From Candidatus Woesearchaeota archaeon (GTDB taxonomy: Archaea > Nanobdellota > Nanobdellia > Pacearchaeales > GW2011-AR1), in NCBI GenBank assembly GCA_964534185.1, contig CAZHOH010000007.1, positions 1-60,036 of the forward strand: a stretch of 60,036 bases of DNA, given 5' to 3'. The number at the start of each line of letters is the position of its first letter. Positions within the stretch are counted from its first letter, which is position 1. The notes below the pieces were generated by a model that was not told the origin of the DNA, ran no database searches, and was given only the letters and a program-made list of their open reading frames with translations. Of this stretch, positions 54,814 to 60,036 are shown piece by piece. The position numbers and the translations under genes were made by a program.

Positions 54814-56595
54814 TTAAGAATTTTTGTAGAATAAATAGATTAGTATTGGAATTGATAGGATTGCAAAAAAGGCTTCGATTAATAAAATAAGGTAAGCAAA
54901 CTGGTCTAAAAGCCTGTCTGGAAGATTGTGTGTTTGATAATTATCAAAAACTTCGTGTTTTGGTTTGTAGGCTACAGGATAGAAGAACCAAGTATGAGTT
55001 GATTCTGCAAAGTTAATAACAGAAGGATTTAAGGGGATTGAAGACCTATAAATTCTGAAATGAGGCTGTCCTTGCCTGTTTTCTATTGTTTTAACTAAGG
55101 CAGAGTTTTGCTCGAAGAATAGTGTGATAGCTTCCATTGTTTGATTAAATTGGGGTTGATTTTGGATAGTTCCCCAACCACAATCATCTATTACGCACTC
55201 TATAAAATAAGTGTTTATGTTTAGAGTGTTATTTTGAGAACCTGGAGAATTTATGAAAGAGGTGAAATGTTGGGCTTCTAAATAATGGGTGTCCCATAAT
55301 GAAAAAACTATTTGTCCGCGATATATTCTACTATCTGCAACAACTAAGGAATTTTGGTCTATGTTTTGTTCTTTAAATTCTATTAACTGGTTTATTTCGT
55401 TGTTTCCTAAAAATCCTTTTGCTCCTGAATTCTGGACTTTAACAAAAGCAAATACTAATATTAAAGCTAAAAACGAATAGATTAGTATTTTTTGATTTTT
55501 TTTCTCTTTAAGCAATTGTGAAGTTTTGTCTATTGTTAATGCTGAGAGTATTGATATGAAAAAAGTTCCGAAAATAAAGTGGGTTGACAAAAGCGAGGTT
55601 CCTGCAAGGAAGATGAAAGGAAATGTAAAGAGCGAGATCAAAAGCAAGGTGAATTTATTTCTGTTTTTGTAAAAAAAGAATAGCCCAATTATTGCTAATA
55701 CTGATAATAAAATTCCTTCGTAGCGGTAGAATATCGAAAAAGCTTCTATTATTCCGGGGCTTCTTTCTGCTGTTCCAAAGATTAGCCTGCTTAAGGAAAA
55801 TGGCTGGATTGTTGGTGCTATTGATTCATAAGTTTCAAATCCTATTTTTGTAAATCTTGCAAATTGCAAATCTAAAATTCCCTTGTCTTTGTATAAAAGA
55901 TAATTGAAAGTTAAGATTGGAATTACTGAAGCAATTAGGATTAGTATGGAATAGATTGTTTGTTTTATTTTCCATTTCTTTAGGTTTTTTCTGTTGTAAT
56001 ATATATAAAATATCAGAAAGGCAGGAATCATTATGATAGCTATTTGTTTTATCATGGCTGCGATGCCTAGAGAAATCCAAGTTATTAAAAAGTAGGGTGT
56101 TTTGTTGGTTTTGAAAAAGATGATTGTTGCATATAATGCAAACATCACGAAGAAAAACATTGGAATGTCCATTTCTGCTCTTGTTTCTAATAATTGGAAA
56201 GAGGAAAATGTAAAGATGAATGCTGAGATTAGTCCTATTTTTTTATTGAATAATTCTTTTGCTATTAAGTAAACTAAGATTATTGAAAGGGCTCCAAAAA
56301 GTATTGCTAAGAACCTGATTCCGAACATATTTGCTCCAAAGAGTTTCATTGCAAAATCTGTAAGCCAGAACCAAACTGCGTCCTGGTCCATTATCTGAAG
56401 TTTTTTTGATTCTATGAATCCTAGAGAATGGGTCCCGTGAACCATTTCATCTGCGTTGAAAGGGGAAGTTATTGCAATAAGACTTCTGAGAATAAAACCT
56501 ATGATGACTAAAAGTAAAATATATTTCTTAGGATTGTTTGATAATATGAATTCTAAAGATTTATCTAAGATTTTATTGAAATCAAGTTTTGCCAT
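54814..56595 (-). CDS. GT-C fold glycosyltransferase (PMT/GT39/ArnT-like)
   Basis: ADE loop after TM1, R...ILFG, EMD, many TM helices, soluble domain with C-terminal TM anchor. Confidence 0.88.
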   Translation of the reverse strand: MAKLDFNKILDKSLEFILSNNPKKYILLLVIIGFILRSLIAITSPFNADEMVHGTHSLGFIESKKLQIMDQDAVWFWLTDFAMKLFGANMFGIRFLAILFGALSIILVYLIAKELFNKKIGLISAFIFTFSSFQLLETRAEMDIPMFFFVMFALYATIIFFKTNKTPYFLITWISLGIAAMIKQIAIIMIPAFLIFYIYYNRKNLKKWKIKQTIYSILILIASVIPILTFNYLLYKDKGILDLQFARFTKIGFETYESIAPTIQPFSLSRLIFGTAERSPGIIEAFSIFYRYEGILLSVLAIIGLFFFYKNRNKFTLLLISLFTFPFIFLAGTSLLSTHFIFGTFFISILSALTIDKTSQLLKEKKNQKILIYSFLALILVFAFVKVQNSGAKGFLGNNEINQLIEFKEQNIDQNSLVVADSRIYRGQIVFSLWDTHYLEAQHFTSFINSPGSQNNTLNINTYFIECVIDDCGWGTIQNQPQFNQTMEAITLFFEQNSALVKTIENRQGQPHFRIYRSSIPLNPSVINFAESTHTWFFYPVAYKPKHEVFDNYQTHNLPDRLLDQFAYLILLIEAFFAILSIPILIYLFYKNS

Positions 56596-57043
56596 TTACT
56601 TCTCTCAAGATATTTAATGTTTGGAAGCCTATATGATTAATATCAAAGCCCCAATAGAAGATACTAATAGCGTCTAAAATTTCGTGGAAAATAAAACCAA
56701 TTATTACAAAGATAAGAATTGGAAACGGGAATGAAAGTAGTATTAAGAGAATCATTGGTTCGATTCCATGAAGAAGACAGGGTGCGGCTTTTGCTTTTTT
56801 CCTTCTTTCGTTTCTTGATAAATGTCTGAATTTTTGTGTTTTTGTAGAAAACCATTTAAATGCTTTATTAAGGCTAATATCTTTTCTTTTGTAAACATAA
56901 TAAAGGTAATGATCTACATCAATTAAAAAAGAGGCTAACCAAATTATCACAGCTCCTTTTAATCCTATGGAGTCTGGAAATAAAATTAAGAGAATTAGAG
57001 AAAAGAAAAATCCAAGAGTTATATGGGTTTTTGGATACATCAT
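56582..57043 (-). CDS. Membrane-bound metal-dependent hydrolase (YdjM-like)
   Basis: TH, IDVDH, LHGIE, HEILD metal-ligand pattern within hydrophobic segments. Confidence 0.72.
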   Translation of the reverse strand: MMYPKTHITLGFFFSLILLILFPDSIGLKGAVIIWLASFLIDVDHYLYYVYKRKDISLNKAFKWFSTKTQKFRHLSRNERRKKAKAAPCLLHGIEPMILLILLSFPFPILIFVIIGFIFHEILDAISIFYWGFDINHIGFQTLNILREVNGKT

Positions 57044-58578
57044 TCACCTATTTTTTTAATCATATCTGCAAATGCAGGACGGCTTATTAAAACTCCGATT
57101 GTTAAACCAATCAAGGTTGTTACCATAAACCCTTTTAACAATCCTGCTCCTGCCCACCATAAAGGCAAGAGTGCAAAGGCTGTTGTAAGGTATGATGCAA
57201 CAACTATGAAGAGTGCTTTTTTTAATTTTTCTTTTAGACTTAAAGAACGTTTTGAAGAGGACTCATCTAAAATAACTATTTGCTGGTCGACTCCTGTTCC
57301 GATTGTTACTAAAATTCCTACAATGCTGGGCAAATCTAAATTCCATTTTATTAAAGAGGCAAATCCTAAAATCATAATAATTTCTGAAAAGCTTGTAAAA
57401 ATAAGTGCAAGAGCTGCCTTAAAATTTCTATATCTTATGAAGATGATTAAAGAAACTGCACCTAGTGTAACAACTGCAGTTAATAAAATTAGTGAAGTAA
57501 ATTGGCTTCCGAGGACAGGAGATATTCTATCTAATTTTACTATCTCTAATTTATAGGGTAAGCTTCCAGTTACTAAGATTGTTTGAAGTTGTCTCATTGA
57601 ATTTTCTGCTGAATTGAAGGCAGATTCTCTATCTGGGCCCGAACCACTTCCTTGTATCTGTATTTGAGTTGTTTTTTCTCCTTGTAAGTCTCTTGAGATA
57701 AAGAGAGAAGTTGTAGGATTGTCATCCACGAAAAAGTCTATTTGTTTTTCTAGGTATTGTGGTTGAGATGAATTTATTCCCATGACTGCAGTAATATCTG
57801 CGTGTCTTTGTGCAGCTTGTTCACTTAGATGTATGACAAAATAATAGTTACAGAACCAAGTGTCTGAAACGTCTTGGTTGCAAGAAGTTATTCCTGAACA
57901 CTGGGCGTCTCCACGACAAACGTAAGTTATGTCTTTTTTTCTTGTTTCATTATTTATGCCCCCAGTAAATACTTGCTTTTCTCCGATTTTGGCTTCAAAT
58001 TTTCCTTGTTGAGAAACTAAACTTTCTAATTCGCTTGGAGATGTTCCTCCCATTTCGACTAGCATAAATTGATTTCCTGAAAGATCTGATACAGGCCTAA
58101 TACTAACATCACTAATCCCATAAACATTAAAACGGTTGTTTGTTATATCGATAAGAGTTTGCATTTCGCTTTCGGTTAATTTTTGCTCTGGCTCTACTAA
58201 TGCTCTTGAACCTCCCTGCAAATCAAGTCCTGCTTTAAGTCTTGTTTTTGGGATATTTTCAACAGATATTTTCGGAACAGAGTCTGAGAAGAATACATAT
58301 TGGTTTTCTAAAGTATCAAGGACTATTTTTTGAGAAGTATTTTGTGTTTTAAATAGGAAATTTATTTGTTGAGAGTATTCTTCAACATTTGCTATTTTAT
58401 TTCCGTTTACTGCTGTGATTATTTCACCTTGCTTTAGTCCTGAGGTGTAAGCTGTAGAATTGTTATCTATATGTTTTGCATAAACACCATCTGATGTAAA
58501 ACCCTGAATGTTAAAAATTAATAATATAGACAAGACTAGGGCGATTATTAATAGCCAGATTCTCCAAGTCAATTTCAT
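57040..58578 (-). CDS. secD: Protein translocase subunit SecD (with PDZ-like N-terminal insert)
   Basis: GLDLQGG, GSLP, ISPVLG, IGTGVDQQIVI.DE; start MKLTWR by ATGA overlap with secF. Confidence 0.94.
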   Translation of the reverse strand: MKLTWRIWLLIIALVLSILLIFNIQGFTSDGVYAKHIDNNSTAYTSGLKQGEIITAVNGNKIANVEEYSQQINFLFKTQNTSQKIVLDTLENQYVFFSDSVPKISVENIPKTRLKAGLDLQGGSRALVEPEQKLTESEMQTLIDITNNRFNVYGISDVSIRPVSDLSGNQFMLVEMGGTSPSELESLVSQQGKFEAKIGEKQVFTGGINNETRKKDITYVCRGDAQCSGITSCNQDVSDTWFCNYYFVIHLSEQAAQRHADITAVMGINSSQPQYLEKQIDFFVDDNPTTSLFISRDLQGEKTTQIQIQGSGSGPDRESAFNSAENSMRQLQTILVTGSLPYKLEIVKLDRISPVLGSQFTSLILLTAVVTLGAVSLIIFIRYRNFKAALALIFTSFSEIIMILGFASLIKWNLDLPSIVGILVTIGTGVDQQIVILDESSSKRSLSLKEKLKKALFIVVASYLTTAFALLPLWWAGAGLLKGFMVTTLIGLTIGVLISRPAFADMIKKIGE

Positions 58579-59468
58579 TTTTCTTTTTTCTCCGCATACC
58601 ATTTAATAATTGAGGCATTGAAAAACCAAGTGTTAAATAAATCGAAAACAAGTCCGATGGCAAGTATTGTAAAGATTTGGCTAAATACTTTTGAAAAAGA
58701 GGAGGTTATTATTAAGGCAATTATTACTACGACTAAAGATGAAAGAGTCATTGTTGCACCAGTTTTAAGGGATTCTACAATTCTTGAATTAATTTCTCCT
58801 TCTTTTCTTTTTATTACTTTTGTTGTTAACAAGATGTCTGTGTCTACGCTATAACCTATTAACATTAAGAAAGCCACAATGCCTGCTGTTGAAAGACTCA
58901 TTCCAAGAAGATTTACAATTGTTAGTGTCATGACAATATCAGCAAATGCTGCAAATACAACAGCAATACTGGGAATTAATGTTCTAAAAAGGAAAAATAC
59001 CACAATTGCCATAAAGACAAATGAAAGGATTATTGCCACCCTTAATTGATTATAAAAGCTTCCACTCAAAGAACTTCCTGTGAACTCTACACTGCTATTT
59101 TCATCAGTCAGTTCGAAACCAAGATAATTTTCTAAAAAAGGAATTATTTGTTCTGGTTCGGCAGTTGTTTCAATTATTATTGTTACTTGTTCTCCGGTTC
59201 TTATATCTGAAACTTCTCTTGCATTTACTTGTTCAAATTCCTGTTCTAAGGCTGCTCTTAATTCTTGAAGATTTATGTTTGTATTGACTTCTACAGATGT
59301 TCCCCCTGTTAAAGTAATGTCTTTTTTTATTATGTCTCCATGCTGTAATTGAAATGAATAAAGGAAGCCGAGACATACAAGGAGAAGAACTACTGGGAGG
59401 ATGATAAAAAATTTGTAATACTTGTCATAAGATTTTTCTAAACTTTTTTTGTTTGATTCTTGCTCCAT
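58575..59468 (-). CDS. secF: Protein translocase subunit SecF
   Basis: LTGGT, IGYSVDTDILL, D..NTW.FN; true start MEQES, since the track start falls inside tRNA-Gly. Confidence 0.94.
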   Translation of the reverse strand: MEQESNKKSLEKSYDKYYKFFIILPVVLLLVCLGFLYSFQLQHGDIIKKDITLTGGTSVEVNTNINLQELRAALEQEFEQVNAREVSDIRTGEQVTIIIETTAEPEQIIPFLENYLGFELTDENSSVEFTGSSLSGSFYNQLRVAIILSFVFMAIVVFFLFRTLIPSIAVVFAAFADIVMTLTIVNLLGMSLSTAGIVAFLMLIGYSVDTDILLTTKVIKRKEGEINSRIVESLKTGATMTLSSLVVVIIALIITSSFSKVFSQIFTILAIGLVFDLFNTWFFNASIIKWYAEKKEK

Positions 59469-59486
59469 TTTTTGAATGTTTATGAA

Positions 59487-59576
59487 TGCGCCGGCTGGGA
59501 GTCGAACCCAGGTCAACTGGTATCTTCATTAATCGTATGTGGAAGCCAGTTATTCTAACCACTGAACTACCGGCGC
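59487..59576 (-). tRNA. tRNA-Gly (TCC) with an 18-nt intron at 37/38 (59522-59539)
   Basis: GCGCCGG/CCGGCGC with A73; ACTGG-CTTCCA[CATACGATTAATGAAGAT]A-CCAGT; CTTC/GAAG central helix with CAC and ATA bulges (BHB). Confidence 0.93.
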
Positions 59577-59613
59577 GATGATTATACTTAAATTAATAGG
59601 GTTTTAAACGTTA

Positions 59614-59704
59614 CGCCCTCGGCAGGACTTGAACCTGCGACCCCTTCCTCTCTCCTTTGATTTTTAGGAGGGAAGTGCTCTAATCCAAGCTGAGCTACAA
59701 GGGC
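59614..59704 (-). tRNA. tRNA-Arg (CCT) with a 15-nt intron at 37/38 (59650-59664)
   Basis: GCCCTTG/CGAGGGC with G73; A20; CTTCC-CTCCTA[AAAATCAAAGGAGAG]A-GGAAG; CTCC/GGAG helix with AGA bulge (relaxed BHL). Confidence 0.92.
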
Positions 59705-59705
59705 A

Positions 59706-59789
59706 TGCGGGAGCAAGGATTCGAACCTTGGTAAGCACTAAGCTAACAGGTCCTAAGCCTGTCCCGTTTGACCACTCCGGCACTCCCGC
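59706..59789 (-). tRNA. tRNA-Leu (TAG)
   Basis: GCGGGAG/CTCCCGC with A73; ACAGG-CTTAGGA-CCTGT; variable arm; T loop TTCGAAT. Confidence 0.96.
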
Positions 59790-59960
59790 ATTCGGCAGGT
59801 GTTGTCGAACCTGCTAAATTGTCCGTAGAATCAGTTGAAAGTTTATATATTTTGCCGTCGACAAATATTTCGGGCAGATAGTGGCAGCTACCGCATTGGG
59901 TAGGAAGTGTCGAATGCGGTGAATAAGATGTGCGGGGGGTTGTCGAATCTGGCAGAGGAA
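59790..59960. repeat. GC-rich non-coding element with three TGTCGAA direct repeats, one inverted variant and hairpins
   Basis: TGTCGAA at 59803, 59908 and 59941; GTCGACA at 59857; stems GCAGGT/ACCTGC and ACCGCATT/AATGCGGT. Confidence 0.55.
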
Positions 59961-59993
59961 AAGCAGGGTTTATAAAGCTATTGGTTGAAGAAA

Positions 59994-60036
59994 ATGGAAG
60001 AAGAGTATATTGATGTTCACGACGTGGAAAAGCAGT
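59994..60036 (+). CDS. 5' fragment of an unknown protein (MEEEYIDVHDVEKQ...)
   Basis: ATG with open frame to the window edge; too short to assign. Confidence 0.4.
   Translation, partial: MEEEYIDVHDVEKQ

Noticed and set aside
57023-57556. 177-aa + strand ORF
   Set aside because: Antisense shadow of the secD TM region
59469-59516. ORF-track N-terminal extension of SecF (MTWVRLPAG...)
   Set aside because: Lies within tRNA-Gly; the real start is 59468
59790-59960. CRISPR mini-array, SRP RNA or RNase P RNA
   Set aside because: Repeats are short, degenerate and unevenly spaced; no SRP helix-8 motif; no GAGGAAAGUCC with a P4 partner
59994-60036. Possible integrase start next to the tRNA cluster
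   Set aside because: Only 14 codons are visible; cannot be assigned

Overview
AT-rich (roughly 30% GC by eye), densely packed archaeal chromosome segment. The gene content (AMP phosphorylase plus ribose-1,5-bisphosphate isomerase, trimmed or extended ribosomal proteins, streamlined gene order) suggests a DPANN archaeon, probably Pacearchaeota/Woesearchaeota-like; this is inferred, not proven. Left part (1-12.8 kb): ftsZ, SlyD-type PPIase, aIF-5A, L40e, site-2 protease, a small Lys-rich protein, a divergent CARF-like/wHTH pair, L1-L10-L12, tRNA-Ser, a GNAT, a Kef-type antiporter, AMP phosphorylase and an AI-2E transporter. Middle (12.9-27.4 kb): the S10/spc ribosomal cluster through secY, DUF106 and prefoldin, lacking rnp1/Rpp29 and adk, followed by R15P isomerase. 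Right (28.3-56.6 kb): a ~28 kb glycosylation locus with aglB, an AglH/GPT, two flippases, two extra GT-C enzymes, many GT2/GT4 genes, a GT9, methyltransferases, a sulfotransferase, a deacetylase, a FemAB-like gene and an epimerase; then secD/secF and three tRNAs, two with introns. The most unusual signal is a module inside the glycosylation locus: a 63-aa paralog of only the N-terminal (hypusine-loop) domain of aIF-5A, which shares one bidirectional TATA box with a divergent QueC that has no Que partners in the window and lies beside a GT2, a nucleoside deoxyribosyltransferase-family gene and a GT9. Also notable: structured elements upstream of tRNA-Ser and tRNA-Leu, a probable L1-operon leader RNA, and a strict 22-nt TATA-to-ATG spacing. 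No CRISPR array or transposase was seen.
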